Notes: generated by a model from the letters alone, not told the origin. 64,000 nucleotides of DNA from Actinomycetota bacterium (GCA_023382335.1 JAMCPM010000002.1:115173-179172), one strand, 5' to 3'. Positions 46,949 through 57,590 are shown, numbered from the stretch's first letter. Program-made: numbers and translations.

Positions 46949-47641
46949 GTGAGCGACGAACTCATCAACACTTATCAGCTGGCCCCGTCGATCCTGTCGG
47001 CCGATTTCTCACATCTCGGCGATGATATCAAAACCGTCATGGACGCCGGCGTGCGCGTCATCCACGTCGACGTCATGGACGGCCAGTTCGTTCCCAACAT
47101 CACCATCGGGCCGGTAGTCATCGAGGGCATCCGCGACCAGGTACACGAAGCCGGCGGCATCCTCGACGTGCACCTGATGATCGACGCGCCCGAGCGCTAC
47201 ATCGAAGACTTCGCCCGCGCCGGCTCCGACTGGATCTCGGTGCACGTCGAAGCCTGCACCCATCTTAATATGACCCTTTCACAGATACGCGCCGCCGGCT
47301 GCAAGGCGGGCGCCGTGCTCAATCCGGCGACGCCGTTGAACCTCCTGCAGGAAGTCACCGGCGACATCGATTATGCCCTGATGATGACGGTGAATCCCGG
47401 TTTCAGCGGCCAGAAGTTCATTGCCTCGGTGCTTCCCAAGATCGAGCGGGCGCGGCATCTGCTTCCCAGGGAAGTAGCCATCCAGGTCGACGGAGGCGTC
47501 GGCGCCGATACCATCGAACCCGTGCTTGATACCGGCGCCAACCTGTTCGTGGCCGGCTCCGCGGTCTTTGGAGCGCCAGACCCGGCCGCAGCGGCGCGCG
47601 GGCTCATGGACGCCATGGCCGCTCGCGCTTCCGCCGAATAG
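46949..47641 (+). CDS. rpe: ribulose-phosphate 3-epimerase
   Basis: LAPSILSADFSHLGDDIKTVMDAGVRVIHVDVMDGQFVPNITIGP; GTG start. Confidence 0.9.
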   Translation: MSDELINTYQLAPSILSADFSHLGDDIKTVMDAGVRVIHVDVMDGQFVPNITIGPVVIEGIRDQVHEAGGILDVHLMIDAPERYIEDFARAGSDWISVHVEACTHLNMTLSQIRAAGCKAGAVLNPATPLNLLQEVTGDIDYALMMTVNPGFSGQKFIASVLPKIERARHLLPREVAIQVDGGVGADTIEPVLDTGANLFVAGSAVFGAPDPAAAARGLMDAMAARASAE

Positions 47642-47769
47642 CCGCTGGGCTCAGGCCGGCCTGCGTGGCGTCGGCCCGCCAAAAATTCTCCTGTGAAAAT
47701 CTCCGATCTTTCTGCTATTATTTCCGTGTATGGCTTGACGGCCATACGACAATTGAATAGCTGTTTATC

Positions 47770-47940
47770 AGCAATGTCTTCGGGGCGGGGTGGAATTCCC
47801 CACCGGCGGTAAGAGCCCGCGACCCTCTTTCGAGAGGCTGACCAGGTGCAAGTCCTGGGCCGACAGTCAAAGTCTGGATGGGAGAAGATAAGCTATCGGC
47901 TTTGCCCTGGGATGGTCTGTGTCCAGGGTACTTTTTTTTG
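47770..47940 (+). promoter_or_regulatory. FMN riboswitch (RFN element) with intrinsic terminator expression platform
   Basis: Conserved RFN cores GTCTTCGGGGCGGGGTGGAATTCCCCACCGGCGGTAAGAGCCCGCGACC and GACCAGGTGCAAGTCCTGGGCCGACAGTCAAAGTCTGGATGGGAGAAG (P1 CTTC...GAAG). Followed by CCCTGGGATGGTCTGTGTCCAGGG + T8 terminator. Immediately upstream of ribD. Confidence 0.85.
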
Positions 47941-48082
47941 GACGGCCGTCCCCGGCGGCCGCGGGTCCGTGCGGGCCTGACTTGCGTACGGATCTTCCTC
48001 CCTCGATTCCCCGAGATTATCAGTGCCAGCGCCGATGTTTAACGAAATCGCGGCGCCTGGCGATAAGGGAAGATATTTTACG

Positions 48083-49207
48083 ATGGTATCGGGACTCGAC
48101 ATAAGCTTTATGCAAAGGGCGCTCAACCTGGCCGACCTGGCCCGGGGCAAGACCAGCCCCAACCCCACTGTGGGCGCCGTTATCGCCATGGGGGACACCG
48201 TGATCGGCGAGGGCTATCACAAGCGCGCCGGTGAGGATCACGCCGAGGTGGCCGCCATCAAGGCGGCTGCGGGCGATGTCCGCGGCGCCACCATCTTCGT
48301 CACCCTGGAGCCCTGTTGCCACACCGGCCGCACCGGCCCCTGCAGCCAGGCGCTGATCGAGGCGGGAATCGCCCGCGTCGTGGTCGCATCTCTCGATCCC
48401 TCAGCCAAGGTCAACGGCAAGGGGCTTGAGGACTTGCGCGCCGCCGGCATCGAGGTCGAGGTGCTCGACGGCCTGCTGGCCGCCCGCGCCCGGGCCCAGA
48501 ACGAAGCTTTCCGCAAGCATGCCGTGACCGGCCTTCCCTTTGTCATCTTCAAGAGCGCCATGAGCCTCGACGGCAAGATCGCCACATCGACCGGCGACTC
48601 CAAGTGGATATCCGGCGAGGAGAGCCGGGCGCTGGTGCACGCGCTCCGGGGCGAGGTCGACGCCATCGCCGTCGGCAGCGGCACCGCCCAGATCGACGAT
48701 CCGCTGCTGACCTGCCGCATCCCGGGCGACAACCTCCAGCCGTTGCGCATAGTCTTTGATTCGCGGGCGGGGCTCTCGCTCGAGAGCCAGCTGGTGCGGA
48801 CCGCCGGCGAGGTCTCGACGCTGGTGTTCGTTACCGGCGATGCTTCCCCGGAAAAGATCAAGGCGCTGGAAGCTGCCGGGGTCGAGGTGGCCCGGGTGGG
48901 CACGCTCGACGGGCAGGTCGATGTCGGCGATGCGCTGCTGTACCTGGGCTCGCGCGAGCCCGAGGTCATGAGCCTGCTGCTCGAGGGCGGGCCGACGCTG
49001 GCTGCATCCTTTGTGGAATCCGGAGCCATAGACAAGGTCATGGCCTTCATCGCGCCGAAATTCATCGGCGGCAAGGAGGCGCGCACTCCCGTCGAGGGCC
49101 GCGGCTTTCGCATGGTGGGCGAGGCCTTGCCTCTCTACCGTGTCACCCATAAGGCTGTAGGTGACGACATTCTCATCACCGCCTATACAAACCAGGAGGA
49201 ATGGTAG
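48083..49207 (+). CDS. ribD: bifunctional riboflavin biosynthesis deaminase/reductase
   Basis: CMP/dCMP deaminase zinc motif HAEVAAI...PCCHTGRTGPC; C-terminal RibG reductase domain. Confidence 0.85.
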   Translation: MVSGLDISFMQRALNLADLARGKTSPNPTVGAVIAMGDTVIGEGYHKRAGEDHAEVAAIKAAAGDVRGATIFVTLEPCCHTGRTGPCSQALIEAGIARVVVASLDPSAKVNGKGLEDLRAAGIEVEVLDGLLAARARAQNEAFRKHAVTGLPFVIFKSAMSLDGKIATSTGDSKWISGEESRALVHALRGEVDAIAVGSGTAQIDDPLLTCRIPGDNLQPLRIVFDSRAGLSLESQLVRTAGEVSTLVFVTGDASPEKIKALEAAGVEVARVGTLDGQVDVGDALLYLGSREPEVMSLLLEGGPTLAASFVESGAIDKVMAFIAPKFIGGKEARTPVEGRGFRMVGEALPLYRVTHKAVGDDILITAYTNQEEW

Positions 49208-49861
49208 ATGTTCACCGGTATCGTGGAAGAGCTCGGCAAACTGGTCAGCCTGGAGATGGGCTCGGACTCCGGCGTCATCACCGTCGAGGCTGACAAAGTG
49301 CTCGAGGGTTGCCAGCTGGGCGATTCTATCGCCGTCAACGGCGTCTGCCTGACGGCCCGCGCCTTCGGCTCGGGCACCTTCTCAGCCGACGTCATGCCGG
49401 AAACGCTCAGGAAGACCAATCTGGGGAACCTCAAGCGCGGCAGCCTGGTCAACCTGGAGCGGGCGCTGACCCTTTCGTCGCGGCTGGGCGGGCATCTGAT
49501 GCTCGGCCACGTGGACGCCACCGGCAAGATCATCTCCATCCGTCCGGAAGGAAACGCGATCTTTTACACCTTTTCCGCTCCCGAGGATATCCGCCGCTAC
49601 CTGCTGCCGCAGGGGTCGGTGGGCATCGACGGCATCAGCCTGACGATAGCCAGGCTGGAACGCGACCAGTTCAGCGTCTCACTGATCCCCCATACGGTGA
49701 AGGTGACGACCCTGGGACACAACGGAGTCGGCTATGAAGTCAACCTCGAGGCCGATGTGCTCGGCAAATATGTGGCGAAGATCATGCAGGGCAGCCTCCC
49801 CGGAGGACAGGGGGAAGGCGGCCTGACTCTCGACAAACTGGCGGAGGGGGGATTTTTGTAG
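49208..49861 (+). CDS. ribE: riboflavin synthase alpha chain
   Basis: MFTGIVEELGKL N-terminus; two lumazine-binding repeats. Confidence 0.85.
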   Translation: MFTGIVEELGKLVSLEMGSDSGVITVEADKVLEGCQLGDSIAVNGVCLTARAFGSGTFSADVMPETLRKTNLGNLKRGSLVNLERALTLSSRLGGHLMLGHVDATGKIISIRPEGNAIFYTFSAPEDIRRYLLPQGSVGIDGISLTIARLERDQFSVSLIPHTVKVTTLGHNGVGYEVNLEADVLGKYVAKIMQGSLPGGQGEGGLTLDKLAEGGFL

Positions 49862-49983
49862 GAAAGCGCGAAGCGGAAGGTCCGGGCCGGGAGCGGGGCC
49901 AGCTGCTGTAGCAGACCGCACCAGGCTCCCGAAACGAAACAATATTTTCAGGAAATCAGAAAACCAGAAGCAGGAAGGAAAAA

Positions 49984-51258
49984 ATGGCAGATCAGGATAA
50001 CAACGAAAGCACGAAAGAGTCGCCGTTCAGCAGCATCGCGGACGCGATCGAGGACATCAAGGCCGGAAAGATGGTCGTGGTATGTGACGACGAGGACCGC
50101 GAGAACGAAGGCGACCTCACCCTGGCGGCGCAGTTCGCCACCCCCGAGGCCATCAACTTCATGGCCATGTACGGACGCGGCCTCATCTGTCTGGCGATGA
50201 CTCCGGAAAAATGCGTGGAGCTCGACCTGCCGCAGATGGTCCAGAACAACGAGGCCACCTTCAGCACCGCCTTCACGGTTTCTGTCGAGGCGCGCCACGG
50301 CGTGACCACCGGCATCTCCGCGGCCGACCGCGCCCATACGATCCAGACGGCGATCAAGCCGGGCGCCGTATCCAACGACCTGGTGCAGCCGGGGCACGTC
50401 TTCCCGCTGCGCGCCAAGCCGGGCGGGGTGCTGGAGCGCACCGGCCAGACGGAAGCCGCGGTCGACCTGGCAAGGCTGGCCGGCCTCGAGCCCGCCGGCG
50501 TCATCTGCGAGATCATGAACGAGGACGGCACCATGTCGCGTGTCCCGGACCTCGTGCCGTACTGCAAGAAGCACGATCTCAAGATCGTGACCGTCGCCGA
50601 TCTGATCAAGTACCGGCGCAAGAACGAGAAGCTGGTCGAGCGCGTCGCCGAAGCGCGGCTCCCGACCAGATATGGCGATTTCCGCGCCATCGGCTACAGG
50701 AGCATTCTCGACGGCGAGGAGCACGTGGCCCTGGTCAAGGGCGACGTCGAAGGCGCCGAGGACGTGCTGATCCGGGTGCACTCCGAGTGCCTCACCGGGG
50801 ACGTCTTCCACTCGATGCGCTGCGACTGCGGCGAGCAGCTCAACCACGCGCTGCGCATGATCGAGGAGGAAGGCAAGGGCGTGCTGCTCTACATGTCACA
50901 GGAAGGCCGCGGCATCGGCATCCTCAACAAGCTGCGGGCTTACGAGCTGCAGGAGCGCGGCCGCGACACCGTCGAGGCCAACGAGGAGCTCGGCTTCCCC
51001 GCCGACCTGCGTGATTATGGCATCGGCGCCCAGATCCTGGTAGACCTCGGCCTGACCACAATCCGGCAGATGACCAACAACCCCAAGAAGCTCAAGGGGC
51101 TGGAAGGATATGGCCTCAAGATCGTGGAAAGAGTGCCCATCGAGATGCCGCCACAGTGCGAGAACGTCGCCTACCTGGCGACCAAGAAGGCCAAGATGGG
51201 GCATATCCTGCACCATCAGGACCTCAGGTTCGAAAAGGACGAGGAAGAGAGCAAGTAG
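49984..51258 (+). CDS. ribBA: bifunctional 3,4-dihydroxy-2-butanone-4-phosphate synthase / GTP cyclohydrolase II
   Basis: DHBP synthase region ([11 protein letters not shown]) plus GTP cyclohydrolase II region ([15 protein letters not shown]). Confidence 0.9.
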   Translation: MADQDNNESTKESPFSSIADAIEDIKAGKMVVVCDDEDRENEGDLTLAAQFATPEAINFMAMYGRGLICLAMTPEKCVELDLPQMVQNNEATFSTAFTVSVEARHGVTTGISAADRAHTIQTAIKPGAVSNDLVQPGHVFPLRAKPGGVLERTGQTEAAVDLARLAGLEPAGVICEIMNEDGTMSRVPDLVPYCKKHDLKIVTVADLIKYRRKNEKLVERVAEARLPTRYGDFRAIGYRSILDGEEHVALVKGDVEGAEDVLIRVHSECLTGDVFHSMRCDCGEQLNHALRMIEEEGKGVLLYMSQEGRGIGILNKLRAYELQERGRDTVEANEELGFPADLRDYGIGAQILVDLGLTTIRQMTNNPKKLKGLEGYGLKIVERVPIEMPPQCENVAYLATKKAKMGHILHHQDLRFEKDEEESK

Positions 51259-51376
51259 CAGTTAAAGATCAAGTTAAAGATCAGGTAGCTGTCACTGGAG
51301 CTATGACGGCCGGCGGGCGCGCATGCGGCGCGCCCGCCGGCTCAACCCAAGACAAACAGACAGAAAGGATCAGCCG

Positions 51377-51853
51377 ATGGCAGAAAACTACAAGAGCTAT
51401 GAGGGCATGCTCGACGCCAAGGGCCTCAAGTTCGGCATCGTCGTCGCGCGTTTCAACGAGTTTATCTCCAGCCGCCTGCTGGACGGCGCGGTGGATTGCG
51501 TCATCCGTCACGGGGCCGGCAAGGGCGCCGTCGAGGTAGCCTGGGTCCCCGGAGCTTTCGAGATTCCTCTGGTTGCTTCCAAGATGGCCGAGAGCGGCAA
51601 GTACGACGCCGTCATCGCCCTGGGCGCGGTCATCCGCGGCGGCACGCCGCACTTTGAATACGTCGCCGGCGAAGTGTCAAAGGGCATCGCCAAGATCTCC
51701 CTGGATACCAAGGTTCCGGTGGCGATGGGCGTGCTGACCACCGACTCGATCGAGCAGGCCGTCGAGCGCGCCGGCACCAAGGCCGGCAACAAGGGCTGGC
51801 AGGCCGCCGCCGGCGCCATCGAGATAGCGCAGCTGCTCAAGACCATGAAATAA
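51377..51853 (+). CDS. ribH: 6,7-dimethyl-8-ribityllumazine synthase
   Basis: [30 protein letters not shown]. Confidence 0.9.
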   Translation: MAENYKSYEGMLDAKGLKFGIVVARFNEFISSRLLDGAVDCVIRHGAGKGAVEVAWVPGAFEIPLVASKMAESGKYDAVIALGAVIRGGTPHFEYVAGEVSKGIAKISLDTKVPVAMGVLTTDSIEQAVERAGTKAGNKGWQAAAGAIEIAQLLKTMK

Positions 51854-51890
51854 AATCGCGCGCGCATCAGCGCTCGAAATATGTTCATGC

Positions 51891-51915
51891 AAAACCCCCG
51901 TCAGGGGGTTTTGTG
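51891..51915. terminator. bidirectional rho-independent terminator (AAAACCCCC-gtca-GGGGGTTTTG)
   Basis: A-run before and T-run after a GC stem, so it can terminate the rib operon (+) and the convergent minus-strand gene. Confidence 0.7.
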
Positions 51916-52010
51916 TTATCGGGATGCGAAAGCCGCCTGACGGCGGCTTTCGCATGGACCGTTACTCAAAGAGCCGGCCGCGAATCAGCCGGGCCCTTGT
52001 ATTTGATCGG

Positions 52011-52385
52011 TCAGTGGTGGATCGGCCTGCCAGTCGTCATGGGCTCGTGATCGGTGAACGCCAGGTAACCCGGGACGATGATGTTCACCAGAGGCACCAG
52101 CATCATGATCCCCCACCATCCGGGGAAGCCTCGGGCTTCGGCGATGCCCATCCAGACGATCACCAGCATCACTACGTTGACCAGCGGCACCAGCATCAGC
52201 ACCAGCCACCAGCCCGGCCTTCCGGCGATCTTGCACATCAGATAGAGGTTGAGGACCGGGATCCACGCCATCCATCCGTTTTCGGTGCTGGTCTTGGCAG
52301 CAATCGTCATCAGCGAGAAAGAGTAGTAGACGTAAGCTGCAACCACGAACAGCACCGGCAAGAATCCGATTGTAAATGTATCCAT
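52011..52385 (-). CDS. small polytopic membrane protein (DUF5684-like), hypothetical
   Basis: AAAGGGG RBS + ATG at 52385; TM-rich with WMAWIPVLNLYLMCKIAG and duplicated GWWxxxMLVPLVN motif. Confidence 0.45.
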   Translation of the reverse strand: MDTFTIGFLPVLFVVAAYVYYSFSLMTIAAKTSTENGWMAWIPVLNLYLMCKIAGRPGWWLVLMLVPLVNVVMLVIVWMGIAEARGFPGWWGIMMLVPLVNIIVPGYLAFTDHEPMTTGRPIHH

Positions 52386-52571
52386 GACAACCCCTTTCAG
52401 ATTACCGCCGGTTCCCCGGCCTATATAACTTATTTTCGGCTGCGAAAAGTGATTGGATAGCATTTCTCTACCAATAAAAAAGCTCCCTTTCGGGAGCTTT
52501 CTCAAATCTTTTTCTTTTGCTCTTCACCGTACGATTCGCGGCTTCAATGCGGTGACCTGCGCCGGGTTCAG

Positions 52572-52763
52572 CTAGACCGCTTTTTGTACCTTGCCGGCGC
52601 TGATGCACTTGGCGCAGACGTAAGCGCGAGTAGGCGAGCCGTTCTGTATGACCCTGATCTTCTGCAGGTTGGGATTGAACCGGCGCCGCGTGGCGCGGTT
52701 CGAATGGCTGCGGTTATTGCCGTAACCCGGTTTCTTGCCGCAGACTGTGCAAACTTTTGACAT
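52572..52763 (-). CDS. rpmB: 50S ribosomal protein L28
   Basis: [38 protein letters not shown]. Confidence 0.9.
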   Translation of the reverse strand: MSKVCTVCGKKPGYGNNRSHSNRATRRRFNPNLQKIRVIQNGSPTRAYVCAKCISAGKVQKAV

Positions 52764-52877
52764 CGTATTCCCTGACTGTTAAGGCGCCGGCGGACATATC
52801 CACGCCAAACGCTCCTTGCTTTTTACACAAGGCGACATTATGCTATAGCGGCTCCGGAATTGCAAGAAGGAGAGGCC

Positions 52878-55046
52878 ATGAATAAAGCCCGGTGCCTTAC
52901 CGTTTTCGCCGGGTCGGCCCCTCTCCAAATCAGGAAACTTCCCCGTACATCCAAGGCTGCATTCAACCCCAGTGAACTCGGAGACCCACTGACGACGCTG
53001 CCCGGAGTAGGCCCGGCGCTCGCATCCCATGCGGCAAAGATAGGCCTTCATACCCTGGGCGACCTGCTTTTCCATTTCCCCAGCCGCCATGAGGATTTTA
53101 CCTTGAGCCGGCGGGTCGGGGAGCTGAAATGGGGCGAAGAGGCGACCGTCCGCGTCAAGATCGAAAAGATCTCCCTGCAGCGGACCCGCCGCCGCAATCT
53201 GAGGCTGGTCAAGGCGCTTGTCAGGGACGACACCGGCTTCATGGAAGCGGTCTGGTACAACCAGGATTATCTTGCCGGCCAGCTAGGGCCGGGAGACGAG
53301 CTCCTGCTCCGTGGCACATACGAGGGCGGCGGCGCCTCGGTCTACAAGGTCCGTACCTTCGAGTTGCTGGAAAAGGCCGGCGCCGGCCTGCACACCACCG
53401 GTTTTGTTCCCGTCTATCCTACCACGGAAAAGATTTCTGTCAAAAGGCTGCGCGGCTGGCTGGCGCGGGTGGCGCCGCTGGCGGATCAGTTGGCCGATCC
53501 GCTGCCGGCGGCGCTGCGGGCCGAGCTGCGGCTGCCGTGGCGCTCCGATGCCGTGGCCGCGATGCACTTCCCGGATTCCCCGGCCGATTTCGAGACCGCC
53601 AGGCGCCGGCTTGTCTTCGAGGAGCTCTACCTGATGCAGGTAGGCCTGCTCTCACACCGGCGGCTGTTCGAGAAACAGCGCCAGGGTATGGCGCTATCGG
53701 AAGTGGGGCAGCTGACGCGCGATTTCATACACAGCCTCCCTTTTAAGTTGACCGACGATCAGTTCCATGTTTGTGAGGAGATATCAGCCGATCTGCGGCG
53801 CGCCGTGCCCATGCAGCGCCTGCTGCAGGGAGACGTCGGTTCCGGCAAGACCGTGGTCGCGGTCTATGCGATGCTGCGCGCAGTCGAGAGCGGGAAGCAG
53901 GCGGCGCTCATGGCTCCTACGGAGGTCCTGGCCGAGCAGCACTATTTCAGTCTGCAGCGGATGCTCGAAGGCCTGGACGTGAAGGCAGGATTCTTTTCCA
54001 GCAGGCTCAAGCCGGCCGAACGGGCCAGGCTGCTCAAAGAGCTCGCCGATGGCTCCATCGACATCGCTGTCGGGACGCAGGCGCTTATCCAGCAGGACGT
54101 CGATTTCAAACAGCTGTCGGTCGTGGTCGTTGACGAGCAGCACCGCTTCGGCGTCAGCCAGCGCGACGACCTCGCGGAAAAAGCCACCCGCGGCGGCATC
54201 ACGCCCCACGTGCTGCACATGACGGCGACGCCGATTCCCCGCACGCTGGCGCTGACTCTCTACGGAGACCTCGAGGTCAGCACCATATTCGCTTTGCCCG
54301 CCGGCAGGCAGCCGGTCAAGACGCGGCTGGTTCCCGAATCCGGACGCGCCGGCGCCTATAGTTTCATTCGCGATCAGCTGGACGCCGGGCGGCAGTGTTA
54401 CGTCGTCTGCCCATTGATCGAGGAATCTGAAGCTATCGAGGCCAGGGCGGTAGAGACCGAGGCCGCGCGCCTGGCGGCGGGGGAATTCAAGGGTTATCGC
54501 GTGGCGGTTCTCCACGGCCAGATGCCGGCCGCTGACAAACAGGAGGCGATGCGGCGCTTCGCCGCCGGCGAGACACAGATACTGGTCACCACCACCGTGA
54601 TCGAGGTCGGCGTCGACGTCGCCAACGCCAGTGTCATGATGATCGAGGAAGCGGACCGCTTCGGCCTGGCCCAGCTCCACCAGCTGCGAGGGCGAGTCGG
54701 CCGCGGCGCCCATGAGTCGTATTGCCTGCTCTTTGGCGACGCCCGGACCGAGCAGGCGGAGAGGCGCCTCGAGGCGATGACTTCGAACGCCGACGGCTTT
54801 GCCCTGGCTGACATCGATCTGGAGATCCGCGGCGAGGGGCAGCTGTTCGGCGCGCGGCAGTCTGGCCTGCCGGACCTGAAGCTGGCGCGCCTCACCCGCG
54901 ACCAGGAACTGCTCGGCCTGGCTCGGCGGGAAGCCGCACAACTTGTCGCCGCCGACCCGGAGCTGCGCCTTCCTCAGAATGCGCTTCTTCGAGACGAGAC
55001 CGTTCGGGTCTTCGGCGATTCGGTGGCCTGGCTGCGGCGCGTATAA
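52878..55046 (+). CDS. recG: ATP-dependent DNA helicase RecG
   Basis: Wedge/OB domain, Walker A GSGKTVVA, DEQH box, helicase C-terminal domain. Confidence 0.9.
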   Translation: MNKARCLTVFAGSAPLQIRKLPRTSKAAFNPSELGDPLTTLPGVGPALASHAAKIGLHTLGDLLFHFPSRHEDFTLSRRVGELKWGEEATVRVKIEKISLQRTRRRNLRLVKALVRDDTGFMEAVWYNQDYLAGQLGPGDELLLRGTYEGGGASVYKVRTFELLEKAGAGLHTTGFVPVYPTTEKISVKRLRGWLARVAPLADQLADPLPAALRAELRLPWRSDAVAAMHFPDSPADFETARRRLVFEELYLMQVGLLSHRRLFEKQRQGMALSEVGQLTRDFIHSLPFKLTDDQFHVCEEISADLRRAVPMQRLLQGDVGSGKTVVAVYAMLRAVESGKQAALMAPTEVLAEQHYFSLQRMLEGLDVKAGFFSSRLKPAERARLLKELADGSIDIAVGTQALIQQDVDFKQLSVVVVDEQHRFGVSQRDDLAEKATRGGITPHVLHMTATPIPRTLALTLYGDLEVSTIFALPAGRQPVKTRLVPESGRAGAYSFIRDQLDAGRQCYVVCPLIEESEAIEARAVETEAARLAAGEFKGYRVAVLHGQMPAADKQEAMRRFAAGETQILVTTTVIEVGVDVANASVMMIEEADRFGLAQLHQLRGRVGRGAHESYCLLFGDARTEQAERRLEAMTSNADGFALADIDLEIRGEGQLFGARQSGLPDLKLARLTRDQELLGLARREAAQLVAADPELRLPQNALLRDETVRVFGDSVAWLRRV

Positions 55047-55104
55047 GGATCCGATCCGGTCTTGCTGCGGCGCGTAAAGCTCGCCGCAGTGGGTATAAAT
55101 AGGT

Positions 55105-56412
55105 GTGAAGCTTCTCCCCAAAAGCAACAGCCGGGCGGCCAGAGATCTGCTGATAATCGCAAGCCTGTCTGTCGTCGTCTTCATCCTTTCCTTTGTCTTT
55201 GAGATCTTTGAGGTATTCGTGGAATTCTCCCAGAGTCACGAGTACACGCAGCTCGACGAGCTGATTCCGGTTTTTGTCTACCTATCGATAGCGTTTATGA
55301 TATTCGCCGTGAGGCGATGGCGGGAGGCGGAGAAAGAAAAGGGGCAGCGCGGCGAGGCGGAAAAACATGCGCTGGCAAGAAACCTGGAGCTGTCTTCCCT
55401 TTACGAGATAACCTCGGCCATCGGCAGGACCATGGATATGCGAGAGCTGTTCGCGGCTGTGCTCGACAAGATCGTCAATCTGGATATGCTCGGGATGGAA
55501 ATCACCGGCGGCGTCGCCTTCGTGTCCGATGAAAGGCGTTTGAGGCTGCTGGCTTCAGAGGGCATGTCGCCTAAGTTTCTGGAGTTGCACAGCGACATGA
55601 GGCCCGGTCAGTGTCTCTGCGGCCTCTGCGCCGAAAATGGAGAGATCATCACTTCCGAGGATTGCGATGAAGACGAGCGCCATACGATGATCGATCACTC
55701 GATCCCCAGGCACGGCCGCGTCATCGTGCCGCTGAAGGCCAAGGACCGCGTCGAAGGGGTCCTCGCCCTTTACACCGAAGCCGGAGTTCATATGGAAACC
55801 GGGACGCTGCAGGTCCTCGGCTACGTAGGCAACCAGATGGGCATCGCTCTGGAGAACCTCAAGCTGTACGAGCGGACGCGGCAGATGTCGCTGCACGACC
55901 CCCTGACGGGCCTGGCCAACCGGCGCCTCCTTTTCAGCGAGCTGGAGCATATGTACGCCGGCGCCAGGCGCCATAGCCGGCCGCTTTCGGTCATAATGCT
56001 GGACCTCGACCATTTCAAGGATTACAACGATGCCCACGGTCATGCTGCCGGAGACCGGGTGCTCTCGAGAGTCGCCTCGATCGTCACCAGGGAGACCCGC
56101 AAGGAAGACGTGGCCGCCCGGTATGGCGGCGAGGAATTCCTGCTGGTGCTGCCGGAGGCGGACTCGAAGTGGGCGATCGCCATCGCCGAGAGGATCAGGA
56201 GGGATGTTGAATCAGCCGGGTTTGCCACCGAAGAGGAAACGGCCGGCTTTTCCCGAATTACGCTGAGCCTGGGAGTCGCTTCCCTGACCCCGGGCACTCA
56301 GAGCGGGGAAGCGCTGATCGGCCTGGCCGACCGCGCCCTCTATGCCGCCAAGAGAAAGGGCAGGAACAGGGTTGAGATCTATCACCAGGACGATGCCGCC
56401 GCGGCTTCCTGA
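55105..56412 (+). CDS. membrane-anchored GAF-GGDEF diguanylate cyclase
   Basis: Two TM segments, GAF region, GGDEF with RYGGEEF and MLDLDHFKDYND. Confidence 0.8.
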   Translation: MKLLPKSNSRAARDLLIIASLSVVVFILSFVFEIFEVFVEFSQSHEYTQLDELIPVFVYLSIAFMIFAVRRWREAEKEKGQRGEAEKHALARNLELSSLYEITSAIGRTMDMRELFAAVLDKIVNLDMLGMEITGGVAFVSDERRLRLLASEGMSPKFLELHSDMRPGQCLCGLCAENGEIITSEDCDEDERHTMIDHSIPRHGRVIVPLKAKDRVEGVLALYTEAGVHMETGTLQVLGYVGNQMGIALENLKLYERTRQMSLHDPLTGLANRRLLFSELEHMYAGARRHSRPLSVIMLDLDHFKDYNDAHGHAAGDRVLSRVASIVTRETRKEDVAARYGGEEFLLVLPEADSKWAIAIAERIRRDVESAGFATEEETAGFSRITLSLGVASLTPGTQSGEALIGLADRALYAAKRKGRNRVEIYHQDDAAAAS

Positions 56413-56466
56413 GCCTGCCGCCGGCGTCAGCCCAAATGGGCCCGGCGACTACGGGGACAGCCGGCT

Positions 56467-57030
56467 GTGCGCATAATCGCCGGCTCCTGCAAAGGGGCTG
56501 CCATAACCGCGCCGCGGGGCGGCCGCACGCGGCCGACCGCCGACAAGGTCCGTGGCGCCATCTTCAACATGCTCGGCGACATCGAGGGCTTGAGCGCCCT
56601 GGACCTCTTCGCCGGCAGCGGCGCCCTGGGCCTGGAGGCCCTCAGCCGCGGCGCTTCCTCGGCGGTGCTGGTCGACAACCGCGCCACGGCGCTGGCGGCC
56701 ATCCACCGGAATATCACAAAACTGAAGCTCGAGAACGTGCGCGCCGTGCGCCGGGATTACCTTGCTTTCCTCAAAGATGCAGCCAAAAAGCAGCTGCGCC
56801 ATGATTTGATTTTTGTTGACCCTCCCTATAGAATGCACCGCGTTATCCAGCCAGAGCTGGGACGCTGGCTGCCGCGCATTGCCGCGGCGGGAGCCAGGGT
56901 AATTGTCGAGAGTGATTCCCGCGAGGAGGTTTCCCTGCCACTGGAGCTCGTCGCTGACAAGGTTTACGGCGACACCAGGGTCCGAATTTTCCTGGCCCCG
57001 GAGAGCATCCACCCGATTCCCCATGAATAA
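56467..57030 (+). CDS. rsmD: 16S rRNA (guanine966-N2)-methyltransferase
   Basis: MRIIAGSCKGAAITAPRGGRTRPTADKVRGAIFNML ... DPPY motif (FVDPPYR). Confidence 0.85.
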   Translation: MRIIAGSCKGAAITAPRGGRTRPTADKVRGAIFNMLGDIEGLSALDLFAGSGALGLEALSRGASSAVLVDNRATALAAIHRNITKLKLENVRAVRRDYLAFLKDAAKKQLRHDLIFVDPPYRMHRVIQPELGRWLPRIAAAGARVIVESDSREEVSLPLELVADKVYGDTRVRIFLAPESIHPIPHE

Positions 57031-57514
57031 TGCCGAAACCATCGCCGTCTGCCCCGGGACCTATGACCCGGTCACCGAGGGACATCTGGATATCATCCGT
57101 CGCTCCGCGGAGCTGTTCGATCGCGTGATTGTGGGCGTGGTTGCTTCGCCGCCGCGCAAGGACGCCATGTTCAGCGCCGAGGACCGTGTCGCCTTCCTCG
57201 AGACCTCGCTGGCGGGCGCAACTAATATCGAGGTCGACCTGTTTGATACACTACTGGTGGACTTCGCCCACAAATGGGGGGCGAGGGCGCTGGTCAAGGG
57301 GCTGAGGGCCATCAGCGACTTCGAGTACGAGTTCCAGATGGCGCAGCTAAACAGGAAACTGGCCCCGGACCTAGAAACTGTTTATCTGATGGCGTCGCCG
57401 GAGTACAGCTTTCTGAGCTCCAGCGGCGTAAAAGAGATTGCCCGATTCGGCGGCAAAGTGGACGACCTGGTGCCCGAGGTGGTAGCCAGGCGCTTTGCCG
57501 AGTTACTAAAATAA
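57023..57514 (+). CDS. coaD: phosphopantetheine adenylyltransferase
   Basis: IAVCPGTYDPVTEGHLDIIRRS (T/HxGH nucleotidyltransferase motif). Confidence 0.9.
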   Translation: MNNAETIAVCPGTYDPVTEGHLDIIRRSAELFDRVIVGVVASPPRKDAMFSAEDRVAFLETSLAGATNIEVDLFDTLLVDFAHKWGARALVKGLRAISDFEYEFQMAQLNRKLAPDLETVYLMASPEYSFLSSSGVKEIARFGGKVDDLVPEVVARRFAELLK

Positions 57515-57590
57515 CCGCGGCACGCGGCCCGGTGGCCGCGGAGGCGCCGGAAGTCGCTGACAACTAAAACCAGGAACACTGGAGGCAAAA

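Noticed and set aside
50211-51014. 267-aa Arg-rich ORF in the +2 frame of ribBA, plus antisense ORFs across ribD and ribBA (48238-49113 -, 48401-49150 -, 49948-50847 -)
   Set aside because: Overlap strongly supported rib genes; low-complexity R/G/A/P composition typical of GC-rich off-frame translation.
53129-53746. 205-aa Arg/Gly/Ala-rich ORF and several other long ORFs inside recG (53311-53634 +, 53784-55184 -, etc.)
   Set aside because: Alternate-frame or antisense artefacts within a well-supported recG reading frame; compositionally biased, no motifs.
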